A stretch of 64,000 nt of DNA from Patellaria atrata CBS 101060 (GCA_010093705.1 MU006095.1:620001-684000), one strand, 5' to 3'. Counted from the stretch's first letter, positions 1 to 10,947 are shown. Notes: a model not told the origin generated them from the letters alone. Made by a program: numbers and translations.

Positions 1-983
1 CAAGCTTTGCAACGCAGGTCTGGCATCTCATTCTGTTCCAAGGCATCTTGTACGGGCTCGGATGGGTAATATGTTACATTCCGTTCCTCATCATGATCAA
101 CGAATGGTTCGACAAACGACGTGGTCTTGCATACGGGATAATTTTTGGAGCATCTGGTATCAGCGGTCTAATTCTTCCCTTTGCCTTGGAGACTCTTCTG
201 CATAAATATGGATTTCGCAGCACATTACGAATGTTCGCTGTTAGTGTCGTTGTGGTTAGCAGTCCTGCTTGGTTTCTAATAAAACCGCGTCGCTCACCAA
301 AATCCACACTTCAAGCCGGACCGTACGAGACCGAAAAGAGCAGTAATCATTGGAGATTCCTCCGTAACCCATACTTTTATCCCTTCGTTTTCGCTGTCCT
401 GCTTCAAGGATTTGCCTTTTTCCTCCCTAACATATTCCTTCCGTCGTATGCAATGGAAATGGGTCTTTCCGCGTCTTCTGCTGACATCTTACTTTCTATC
501 ACAGCATTGGCACAAGTTCCAGGTCAAATATTCAACGGTCACTTTTCTGATAAGACCAATGAGCATCTCCCCTCATTTGTATCTTGCCTAGTGTCCGGTT
601 TCGCGGCCCTTCTTCTATGGGGGCCGGCAAAGGATTTTATGGTTCTGGCGGTGTTTTCCCTTGTTTGGGGTGCATTCGCGGCTAGTTATTCGGTTTTGTG
701 GACACAAATCTCCAAAAAGCTCTCATCAGGCCCAGAGGAAGCAATGACTATATATGCGGTCTTATCTTTCGAGCGAGGTATTGCAAATGTTCTGGCAGGA
801 CCTATCAGCGCAATACTAATCACGGAAGAGGTCAACATAAAAGAATATGGACTGGCAAAGTATAAGAGCATCGTGCTATTTACAGCTATTTCCCTTTTAC
901 TCGGGAGTTTAGCAGGTGTAACGTGGATATTCGATCGTCGGAGAAAGGCAAAGCACCATACTAGAACACTGGGAAGCTTTTAG
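1..983 (+). CDS. MFS transporter, monocarboxylate-porter (MCT/Mch)-like; 5' end outside window
   Basis: Frame is open from nt 3 (SFATQVWHLILFQGILYGLG...). Contains 'EWFDKRRGLAYGIIFGASG', typical of fungal MCT-like MFS proteins, and many hydrophobic helices; stop at 983. Confidence 0.88.
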   Translation, partial: SFATQVWHLILFQGILYGLGWVICYIPFLIMINEWFDKRRGLAYGIIFGASGISGLILPFALETLLHKYGFRSTLRMFAVSVVVVSSPAWFLIKPRRSPKSTLQAGPYETEKSSNHWRFLRNPYFYPFVFAVLLQGFAFFLPNIFLPSYAMEMGLSASSADILLSITALAQVPGQIFNGHFSDKTNEHLPSFVSCLVSGFAALLLWGPAKDFMVLAVFSLVWGAFAASYSVLWTQISKKLSSGPEEAMTIYAVLSFERGIANVLAGPISAILITEEVNIKEYGLAKYKSIVLFTAISLLLGSLAGVTWIFDRRRKAKHHTRTLGSF

Positions 984-1494
984 TCAATTACCCTAGGTAT
1001 GGATATACCTTGTCAGACTAGCTCTTTGTCTTGTCACCGCGGCTTGAAAGCAGCACCTTAAAATCAACTCTCGAGATTAGACGTACCACTTTCGTTCTTA
1101 TTCGAATCATGGCTTATACAGGCGCAAGTTAGAGCGGATTGATCGATTGGCAAGCATGACGAAGTAACTCCAGAAACCACCGTGCCCCCGTGGCCGATCA
1201 TCTGGTGCCCCGTAGTCCTTATTCGTTAGCAAAAAATACGGAGCGCAGAACGGTCAGCTAGAGGATGGCCATTTTGTGCGTGGAATGTCCTACTAAAGAG
1301 TATAGTAAAACCTCCCGAGTCACCAGACTGAGAAGGTTGGAATGCAAACTGAAAACGCCCTATACTTTTAGCAAAAGAAATCGTAATCATCATTTTAATC
1401 TATGAGTGAGAACAATTTGTATACCGCCCAACCCATCTCTTCGAGGTCTTCCCTGTGGATGAGCATGATGGATCCATGTTTCTAAGAATACGGA

Positions 1495-1900
1495 GCCAAG
1501 GCTTTGTCATCTAGATCATTAGATTTGTCGGAGGGGTCATATCCCCGGTTACAGAATGAATCTTAAAAGATTTCTTAGATGTCGGCTATTCCTAGTCGAG
1601 GAATGCTCCCTTCTTATCTGCGCCGGTTATCTTGTTGCGCTATGAGATATCTGCATGACAACCACATCCGTCGCCACGACATCAAACCTCAGGTCCAACA
1701 AGAAGAGCAAAATCGTTAATAGAGCTGAACTAATACCCGAATGCACCTGTTAACGGGGATTAAGTTTACCTCACCAACTTCGGCATTGGTTGTGACTGGA
1801 CGAGCTTCGGGCAGAGCGGATTCACTAAGCGCATCAAGAAATACTTCCTCCGATGTCTGGTCCCAAGCGTGCTTATTCTTAGAGATTATGCTCCGTTTTA
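1495..1900 (+). pseudogene. Degraded protein kinase relic
   Basis: Kinase motifs in the correct order but in different frames: MRYLHDNHIRRHDIKPQ (1642-1692, catalytic loop), VYLTNFGI (from 1764; DFG reads NFG), RNTSSDVWSQACLFLEIM (~1838-1890, subdomain IX). Confidence 0.7.
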
Positions 1901-2500
1901 CTCCACTTAGAAGTACACCAGCAGTATTGCTCTACATGAATATAAACGAATAGCTCAAGGGAATTGTAAGTCTGAAATTCAATCACAATTATATACCACA
2001 GATGCTCAGACGTATTAACTCTACTAGCCATCCATTATCTGTCAACAAAAAGCAATCAACACCACTCATACTTGTATATTTGGCAAAACGAAGGCTGGAT
2101 GCGTAAGGCTGGGACCCCAACATCACCGCACCCGCCATTCGAAGCCTTATTAGTAAGGTTCTCGCTCAACTGGAGCTCTGAATCGGCTGGGTGGCCTTTT
2201 ATCAAGCTCAAATATTACCAGGTATCCCTTCAATTCTTTAGTTTACGCCTTACATTTCGCAGCGATATCAGATGCTCGAAAAGTGAAAGTGCTGACCCTC
2301 TCTATTGAAAGGAGATTTATGATTCGAGCTAGTTCAAAGCGAATAGATTAACTACATTAGCGCATGCATAATATCAAGGATGGATGCTCTCCTTCTCGTA
2401 GTACCAGGACCCAAAACGTATTACTTCTTTTTCTCTCATATATGCCGTACATATATATATCCTACAACACCCCAACTGTGCTGATACTCAAATTCTAAAA

Positions 2501-3564
2501 ATGACCAAAACGCACGACGAGACGTAATCTAGTTCACAACTTCCCGAGCTTTCGGTTGCCTGGATCCACAATACCGAACTTGTCGAGGTTCCGCACCGCG
2601 CAAGAAACTTACTTGAAAATTACGCTCAAGTGCCTAGAAACCATGTTATGTATCACATAAACAAAGTGGTACGTCCCGACCACAATCATGCAATTATACT
2701 ACATATTCAGAACTAAGAGCGATCTAGAGAGCGCAAGCTTTGGAAATAGTACAATTACCATAAACCCTTGGGTGCTTGGCCAAATACTGATGAAATCCAA
2801 GTATCCGTATCCATGTATCGGCCACTATCGCTTTCTAGACATCCAGATTGTCAAATCGCCAGTGTATGAAGAGTTAGTGTCTCGTCTGAGCAAGGGAGAA
2901 CGATTACTCGACGTTGGATGCTGTATTGGACAGGAATTGAGACAATTGGTACGATTCAGAAAAGGGTGCATTGCATATTTATGCAAGCTCGGAACGTGAC
3001 GGCTGATGGCCATGAAGGTATCGGATGGAGTCAATTCGGAGAATCTCTATGGCATTGACCTTTATGAAACATTTTTCGATATTGGATATGCGCTTTTCCC
3101 AAGACCACGACACGTTTCGAGGCACATTTCTTTCGGGGGATATGTTTCAACCCACCGCCACTACCTTGTCGAAACTTGAGAGTTCGATGGATTTGATTTG
3201 GACCTGCAATGTTCTGCATTTGTTTACTTGGGAGAAACAATGTGCTGCTCTAGTTTTCATGCTAAGAGCGTTGAACGATTCTCCAAATACAATGATAGCG
3301 GGGAGATTCATGGGACATGAGAACCCAGGAGAGTACAACTACAGCTTTCGGGGTGAGGATGTGTCCATTTATCGGCACAATGATGAATCGTTCAAGAAGC
3401 TGCTTCGAGAGGTAACTGGGGGGTTGCCGGCGGGTTGGGAACTCAATGTTGAGGCTCATGATTGGATTGAGACATTGGAGCTTCGAACACAGGGTAGAGA
3501 CGATTCCACGTGGACGCTGGAGGTCAAGTTTGTTGCTCGCAAAGCGGGGACACACATGTGGTGA
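2501..3564 (+). pseudogene. SAM-dependent methyltransferase (fungal secondary-metabolite type), disrupted
   Basis: The spliced model reads ...ARNLLENYAQVP...HINKV/RAQALEI/YPYPCIGHYRFLD...RLLDVGCCIGQELRQL/VSDGVNSENLYGIDL... There is an in-frame TAA at 2525-2527 (codon 9) and a frameshift at ~3097-3100 (GYALF then QDHDTF in another frame). Confidence 0.8.
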
Positions 3565-3968
3565 AAACTGCTGGCACAATCCGATATCTGAGAGACTTAT
3601 ATAGACTGGAAAACCAAAATGGGAAATATTGAGCACCTATCAGGAAAATGAGAAGATGCTTGAGGCAAACACTATGATAGACCGAAAATTAGCAAAAAAC
3701 TACTCCGTGAGTGCATTTATTACTGACTGACCTGTACCATGAGTCTAGTGTGGCTGAACCAAGCTGCAATTATCAGGTCACATTTGAATAGAGAGAATAT
3801 GGACAGCATGTTGTAGATGGGAAGGCATATGAATTTGGAGCTATAGTTGCAGTTCTAATAGACCAAACAGATTTGTCGCCTCCTATCCTTTAACCACATC
3901 CCTGCCAGAAGTCCCCCATCCTCCCACCTCCCGAAACTTCCCCCCTAATCTTCTGCTCTAAAAGTAGC

Positions 3969-4190
3969 TTCTGTTCAACCACCAAGTTAGAGAGACCTTT
4001 TTTGAATACAACTTTACTCACAATTGGCGTTGATGTGAACAATACGGCCCTTAGTGTTAGAGGCATGGCTGCCGAAGGCACGCTGGTTGGCGACCTCCTC
4101 AGCGGAGAGTCCCTCAGGGATGACGGCAGCTTGATCGACAGCATTGACTGGGGGCCAGACGGCTTTCCAGGGTTGAGTGGTTGGAGCCAT
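3969..4190 (-). CDS. 56-aa microprotein MAPTTQPWKAVWPPVNAVDQAAVIPEGLSAEEVANQRAFGSHASNTKGRIVHINAN, unknown function
   Basis: ATG at 4190 in CAAACAATGG context, TATATAA at 4301-4295, C/A-rich leader, and codons biased to GCC/GTC/AAC/GAG. A 51-nt intron at 4021-3971 (GTGAGT...CTAAC...CAG) splits the stop codon T|AA. Confidence 0.75.
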
Positions 4191-4294
4191 TGTTTGGATT
4201 GGTTTGAAAGTGGTGATTGAAGTTTTGGAAAGTGTTATTGTGAGCTGTGGGAGCGTGATGAGGAAGGTTCTATCTTCCGTCTCAACTCTGATAC

Positions 4295-4301
4295 TTATAT
4301 A
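4295..4301 (-). promoter_or_regulatory. TATA box of microprotein gene
   Basis: TATATAA on the minus strand ~105 nt upstream of ATG 4190, followed by a CA/CT-rich leader. Confidence 0.55.
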
Positions 4302-4925
4302 TCGATTAAGGGAGCCCAAAGTTTGGAAATATTATTATATTGTGGGACTGCGAATTCTGCTCGAACTTGCTCATGGAGGAGCAAGTATTTTCTTGCAGCT
4401 GCAACTCCATGCATCTGAATGTTTCCCCAAGATCTGAGGACAGTGATAGGAACATGCCCTGGAGTAGACTTGCATGATCGTCCCTATCAGCTCTTATCTT
4501 AACCTTGCGGGGTTGATCAGCTGGCACGAGGCAGTATAATCATCTACAATATTTTGCTCTCTTTGAGAGATAGCATGGATTTGGACAACCACGATCACTA
4601 TCGATATCTGCAGGAGCGGCAGATTGGCCTTTCAACTGGACAAAACAGCACATAGTGCAATAGCTATAGGAAGGGGAAGCGGAAATATGCTCTAACATGC
4701 TCAGAATTGAATAACTAACTCAAAGGTTTTATGAACAGAGAGTTGGGGAACTCCGTCTTGTCTTCCCCGGGTGATTTCTTTTTCCAAATCTGTAAGGTAT
4801 ACCAAATTATAGACCACGAAGGCCCCCCCCTCAAGGGAACAGATGATATCCCCTTTAACCTTTGCGTATCCGAAAAGAAAATATTCCGTACTCTTTGTGA
4901 AAACATTCAGTTGAACACTTACAAG

Positions 4926-5876
4926 ATGAGCGAAGCGGTTTTGGGCTCGATCCGATATGTCAACAAGAACGAATCCACTGACCCCTGTGAGAAGGGCTTC
5001 ATCCTCCACTATGCCGCTCCACCAGGGTTTCCACAGAACAACTTCAGCATCGAATCCTACAAAGGGATCAAGATACACAACCTGAGGACAGCGAATCTAG
5101 CTTGGGACGAACATGGTCCTAAGATAGCTTCAATCAATAGCAATGGGATGGCACCAGAAAAGTTCGATGATGACGATTGGATTGAGAAAGTCTATCTGCC
5201 AGAGCTACACAGATCGATTTGCAAAGCTCTCGGTGGAAAGGACGTCACCGTCTTTGATTGGATGCTGAGGAAAAGAGCGGTGTCATTTCCGCAAAGAAAT
5301 GTGGGAGAAAAGAATGAAGACCAGCCACAGCCTTCGCTGTCAGCGCATATTGGTGAGTTAGATTTCCTTCACACGAAATAGCCCGGTTGACCGATGGTAG
5401 ATTATACGACGGGGGAGCTTGATGGCAGAGTGGACCGGTATTTTGGGAAGGAAAGAGAACGCCTTAGCAATCGACGTTACCAAGTTATCAAGTCAGTCCC
5501 CCGTCAGGTTGGCAATTCACCGTGAGAGGTTACATTACTGATCATTCGCAGTGTATGGAAGCCACTTGAAGGCCCATGCCGTGACTTCCCAATGGCATAT
5601 TGCGACCCTAAAAGTGTCGACCGCGAAAAAGACCTTTATATGGTTGATGAAGTCTTTCCTACCGTAGCTAATGAGGTCTTCCAAGTTCATTACAACCCAA
5701 AGCATAAGTGGTACTGGGTACGTGATCAGCTGGATTCGGAGATCACAATCTTCCAAGCGTATGATACGGAGAAGGCGCAGGAGTTGGCTGTTCCTTACTG
5801 CTCCTTCGATCTTGGTGCTGCGGGCTCAGGTATTCCTCGACAAAGCATTGAAGTTAGGGCGTTTGTATTTTATTGA
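4926..5876 (+). CDS. AsaB/CmcJ-like (GA4-desaturase/NvfI-related) Fe-dependent oxygenase, 3 exons
   Basis: Family motifs 'VFDWMLRKR', 'AHI/D' (HxD across intron 5353-5400), 'NVWKPL..P..DFPMAYCD', 'YNPKHKWYW' and C-terminal 'RQSIEVRAFV'. The expected distal 'PH' reads 'PY'. Confidence 0.85.
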
Positions 5877-6600
5877 CGAGATGATTGTTGGGTGAGGAGA
5901 TCAGTCCCTTTTCAATGAATCAAGTCCAGTACGGTTATACGAGTGAGATTTTATGATCTATTAACCTCACGAAAGATTGTATAAAGTTATCTTGTAGTCC
6001 TAGAACTGAACTAGAACTCTTACGGCAGCGGCGTGTGCCAAGAAACCAATGCGGACGCGGACGGGACGGGTCGCACAGAAGACTAGAACTAGTAAGGCAG
6101 AACTACCTTAGTATTAGTTCTACGTCCGCACTGTAGTTCTATGTACAGAGTAGATTAATAATAACGTGCGCAAAGCTTAATTACTTATTCTATAGGCTCT
6201 GGCGGTTAAAACAAAATCAGCTACTTGTAATTTCCGGCGGTGATGAAGTTAAAGTTATTAGGTTAGGGAGCTGCCGAGCTGGTCACAGGGGGTTTAGCGA
6301 AAAGGGGTGAACCAGCAAAGTAGGTAGTGATAGTTTAAACAAAACTTACAGGACAATACAATAGTCTATGCCTAGGGAACGATTTTCCCTAACCTCACGT
6401 CTAAGGTAGAGAGAGTCTAAGTACTACTTTGTAGCAAAATAGAATCTAGCAGCGCCACTGCCAATGTCCTCAAAGCTTGTACCGACCCAAGATTAGAACT
6501 ATCGAGGTGAAACTACACTTTTATCCGATGCTTCCAGCAGTCAGCAGTAGTTCTAGTGAGGTATTATTGCGAGCGTTACAGCACTTTGTAACAATTTATA

Positions 6601-7190
6601 TTGCCTCAAGCACCAGAAACCATTCACTCGATCTCACCTTCAAGAATTGTCCCTAGCAGTTTCCATCTGATGGACGTTGACTCTGGTGCTGGTGACTTCG
6701 GGAAAGCTCACCTCGCGGGTTGGATTCCCACTCCACCCAACAGTGCGCCCCTATTTGACCCTCTTTCCATCTCTGCCGCTGCTCTCCAGCGCCTACTCGC
6801 CTCCGGGAAGATCACGAGTGTCCAAATCCTGAACGAGTACTATCGCCAGATTTTGTCCTATAATGGCTATCTCAAAGCGATCTACAAACTTGCACCCGGT
6901 GCCATTGCTCGTGCGGAGCAACTGGATGCTTTAAGAAGGAATGGTACGTTCCTTGGCCCGCTACATGGCATTCCGGTCCTCTTGAAGGACAATATCGGGA
7001 CGGATTCGAGCTTCGAGATGGACACCACCGCTGGGACAATGGCGCTTGTTGGCTCTTTTGCGGTCAGGAACGCGCCGATTGTTGACCGGGTACATGAGTT
7101 ATTCAGTTCCCTTTGCCTCGAGAGCTCGGTTTGACCGTGATTTAGCCAATTGCTGCTGGGGCAATCATTATGGGAAAGTGTACGCTCTCG
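6601..7190 (+). pseudogene. Amidase-signature family gene, N-terminal part only, interrupted by LTR
   Basis: 'LASGKITSVQIL', 'GPLHGIPVLLKDNI', 'TTAG..AL' and, after an intron, 'AAGAIIMGKCTLS'. The next intron runs into an LTR at 7202, and no GGSS signature region follows in the window. Confidence 0.82.
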
Positions 7191-7298
7191 GTGTGTACTA
7201 ATGTTACGGCCATAGGACGAAGGCACAGCATCACCAGTAGAACGGTAGTACGAAGCGACGGAACGGAACAACCATCACGGGACGGGAGGTCACGTGAC

Positions 7299-7620
7299 GT
7301 GATCGGGGTGCTCGACGTGCTCGACATGCACAGGAGCGAGCAGAGCGATCAGAGCGATCAGCGTGATCGGGGTGCTCGACGTGCTCGACATGNNNNNNNN
7401 NNNNNNNNNNNNNNNNNNNNNNNNNNNNNNNNNNNNNNNNNNNNNNNNNNNNNNNNNNNNNNNNNNNNNNNNNNNNNNNNNNNNNNNNNNNNGCGTGATC
7501 GGGGTGCTCGACGTGCTCGACATGCACAGGAGCGAGCAGAGCAATCAGAGCGATCAGCGTGATCGGGGTGCTCGACGTGCTCGACATACACAGGAGCGAG
7601 CAGAGCGAGCAGAGCGATCA
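7299..7620 (+). repeat. 64-bp tandem minisatellite inside LTR, spanning gap
   Basis: Units starting GTGATCGGGGTGCTCGACGTGCTCGACA at 7299, 7363, 7495 and 7559. Confidence 0.92.
7393..7492. other. Assembly gap (100 N)
   Basis: Run of N. Confidence 1.
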
Positions 7621-7975
7621 AACAACAAAATTGACTATGGAGGATAGGAATATTTAAGGACGGTCTTTCCCTCATGTATTTAGATTCTTCGTAGTTATTC
7701 TTACCATCAATCTTACCCATAGATTTGGATGTTACGGTTTTGAACTTGACTTCACTTGTTACGCTGTTTCCATACAGTACGTCTTGTCTCATCGTGAGCA
7801 TTACCCGAAGTCAAGGAGTCAGCAAGTTGTATCGTCAACTTGAAGTGCCTTTGTTATACGTATCCTATCACTTTGCCAAACCTACCTTTGTGGTTGACCA
7901 CGTTAAGTGAGAAGCCAGGCGCGTTTCTAGACTTATCCAGTTCTGTCTCGATAAGTATAGACTCCCGTTGTAACA

Positions 7976-8333
7976 GGTATCAGCTCGAGAGCGTGCTACT
8001 GAGGCTCGTCAGGCTCAACAACAGCTTATTGGCGATATCAGACAGTCACGGCTACGCAATAAGGTATCAAAAGGTGTATTTACTACCACTCAACAGAAGG
8101 AAGTTGTTGTTCTATCTCCATTAAAAGTTCAGGATAGTGGTGAAGGTAGTTCTCGTCCAAAACGCACGCGCAAAGCACCAGCACGATTTTTAGATTTTGA
8201 AACATAGATAGATCTATTTCTTACTATCTAAATAACTATGCTACCAAATTTGAATATAAACGGACTTATGGTTGTTGAGATATTCGTAATTCAAAAGCCA
8301 TACTGTTGGTGGTGATCACCGTGCACGGAGTGT
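7976..8333 (+). mobile_element. 3' end fragment of a Fot1/pogo-like DNA transposon
   Basis: Open frame 7977-8207 ending ...GSSRPKRTRKAPARFLDFET*, which resembles the basic C-terminal tails of fungal pogo-type transposases. It is followed by an AT-rich tail and TIR-like GGTGGTGATCACCGTGCACGGAGTGT (ends 8333). Confidence 0.55.
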
Positions 8334-8577
8334 CCAAGACTTCTAACCTTCTAGAACAGAAATTGATCTGTGCAGCTTTGCCGAGACTTGAGCCGACTGG
8401 AACTAGTTATAATTTTAGGTCGTTTGTATCTTATCAGATCTGTGAGATCGTCACGGACGTATGTAGACTAGTCTTGTTTACATTTAGTCCTTTAATTCAA
8501 TCTACTCTACTTCGCACAGTTCCATATTTAGAAGCAGCCGTGATGGATCAAACTAGACTCAACCTCAGTGGTGGGTG

Positions 8578-9830
8578 CTAGTTGAGAATGGACCCATGAT
8601 AAACACTTCCCCAACTATCAAAAAGGCCATCAGTCCACCCAATAATCATTCCTCGAAGCCCCGGTGAATTGAGGCTTCCCCAACATACCGAACCATGTGT
8701 TTCTTTGTCGGACTTCCGAAACACCCAAACCATATTTGAAATCCCAGGAGGTAGTCTTCCAGCAGTAAAAATACCAAACACAATAAGAATTACAAGGATC
8801 AATACTCCACCAAACATCGTCAACCAGGGCCTTTGCATCTTCACTCCACGGAATTTCCGCCCATGAGCACACCTCAGAAGTATTACATCCATCAACTGAA
8901 AGATTACACTAGCCGAGAGACAGACAATTGTGCCAGTAAGCCAATCTGCTTGTTGACGAGCGGAAAGTTCGATGCATCCAATGCCGTTACTACTGCTACC
9001 GGAAACGGGGTAGATGTCGCAAGTGCCAGGTACGACAACAGCTACAGCAAAATCTCTGAATGCTGGCGAACACCACTTCACTTTCTTATCTGGTCCATGT
9101 TTGCCCTTGACTGCGAATACCAGTCCTATGATTTGTAGGACAACCATGATCAGGAGGAAAACGAAAGCGAACAAGGCAACGACGGCGTGTCTGAGCACAT
9201 CGTTATGACGCGCCTGCGGAATAGCTTCGACTTCTCCTATTGTCGAGACTGTCACGTATCTCCCTTTGGCGGATTCATTAGCTTCGGGGTCTGTTGGCGG
9301 GTCTAAATCTTGGTTCCGATTAGCCGCAGCTCGTGAATTGACAAAGGACAAAGCTTACCTATTTGAACTACAGGGGCTGAGGATGGTACGGAGCTGCTTT
9401 TCCTTCCGAGCTCTGATATAGCCTTGCAAAATGCTTGAATAAGATTTCGAAAACCATGCTTTTCAACGATAAGGACAATCATCTGCAGCATTGCCCCAAC
9501 ATCTAATATGAGCGTTAAAGGCATCCATACCAGGACCATCTCAGCTTTGAGGGAAGTGCCGTCATACGATTGGATAGTCAAGGCGATACCCAACACCGCA
9601 AGCCCAAGAGCTAGATATTGCGCGGATTCCCATCGGACTGCCCGGATGATGCATGCAGGGAGATGGAAGAGTAAGAGAAAGAGGGCATATAACCAAGGGA
9701 TCAATGCACCTCCTGGATCTGGTCGCAAATAAGTCTGCATGCAATTGAGCTTCAACGAATATGAATCATCAAACAGTGAATATTGGAGATTGCGAACGAT
9801 AGTGGTGTTAGCTGAAAATTCGCATGACAT
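8578..9830 (-). CDS. Hypothetical multi-pass membrane protein, 2 exons
   Basis: ORFs 9303-9917 (ATG 9830, MSCEFSANTT...) and 8578-9351 joined by an intron at ~9358-9309 (GTAAGC...GCTAAT...AAG); several hydrophobic segments. Confidence 0.75.
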
Positions 9831-10404
9831 GTTTAGTGGTAGATAAAGAAAATGGAATTCTAACAGAGTTTTGAGGTATTTTAGAGCAGCTTGACGTGAC
9901 AAGTAATGTTCTTGCAATTAAGTTCCAGCGAAAGTGAGGCTGTTGGGCTTCAGGTAGAGCTATTGTCACTAGGCGACAGATGCATTAAATATCTTCAGCT
10001 AGAATGGGGCATTGGAAGTAGCTAAGTTTCAAGGCAACAGTCATAGCCGCGAGGCTGAAAGTCTGTATGCAAGGCTATCTTCACAAATTCAGCGATGTTC
10101 GCAGACTTGGTTGCGCCAACTTTACGGAGTGAGAATTGAGGATCGAATAAACGACAGACTAATACAGTTTGCTGTGCCCCGCTTAGGCAATACAAGGTGG
10201 TTTAAGATATATAAAACTCTAAAAGAGGTCATTCTAAAGGTTTGCGGTGAGGCATTTAGGCGACAAGGCTGTAGGAAGAAAAGCTTTATCAATGTGTGCA
10301 GGAAATGGATGGAACGTTGCGACGAGGGAGGTATAATGAAGACGATAATGTAGCTGCCAGATATCATCTAATTTAATACTGAGTATTTCAAGGGAACAAT
10401 ATCA

Positions 10405-10947
10405 TATTAGATACGGCCACAAGTTGTGAGAACAGGCAATTGACGAGTGGGGGAGAGAAGGAAGCCACTCGGCACAACCACGGGGGAAAGTCAGTGCTAC
10501 GGGAGTCACGTGACTTGGACGCGGTGGACGTGGTGGACGCAGTGGACGTTGGACGGGCAGTACGGCCAGCACGTCCAAACACTCAAATAGAACTCTGAGG
10601 AGGAATACTTAAGAAAGCTCCTTTGCGCATGTATTTAGATTCTTCGTAGTTCTTTTTACTAACATATCTTACTACAAGATTGGATGTTACGGTCTTTGAC
10701 AACTCACCTTTGTCTTACTGTGTTCGTACAGTATCACTTGTCTCTACTGTGAAGCCTTTGAGAGAGAGTTAGGGGGAAGCAAATTATATCATTAACTTGA
10801 AGTGCAAACCTTTACACGTTCTATCACAAAGCGGAAACCAAACCCTTTTCGTAAGAGAAGGAGGTGCCTCCCGAGTGAGAAACCTTGCGCGTTTTTATAT
10901 TTGTCGTGTTCCGACTAGACAGGTATAAACTCCCGCCATTTTTAACA
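10405..10947 (+). mobile_element. Diverged LTR related to 7202-7975
   Basis: Collinear similarity to the first LTR (GTCACGTGAC, internal GGACG-type repeats, shared U5-like blocks). Termini TATTAG...TTAACA are consistent with a transition-mutated TGTTAG...CTAACA. Confidence 0.7.

Larger units (their letters stand above)
7202..7975 (+). mobile_element. Retrotransposon LTR (contains minisatellite and assembly gap)
   Basis: Inverted termini TGTTAC...GTAACA. Blocks are shared with the element at 10405-10947 (e.g. CATGTATTTAGATTCTTCGTAGTT, TTGGATGTTACGGT, AACTTGAAGTGC). Flanks ACTAA/GGTAT do not form a TSD. Confidence 0.78.

Noticed and set aside
6150..6600. Possible decayed gene on the minus strand upstream of the amidase
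   Set aside because: Stop-ridden and no family motif could be identified.
7299..7620. Regular repeat array resembling CRISPR
   Set aside because: Units are contiguous with no unique spacers, lie inside an LTR, and the genome is eukaryotic.
7976..7990. GGTATCAG after the LTR as a tRNA-Met primer-binding site
   Set aside because: The match is partial, and the following sequence reads as a transposase-like C-terminus rather than a gag leader.
10012..10353. 113-aa ORF
   Set aside because: Non-ATG start, no motif, lies in promoter/LTR flank.
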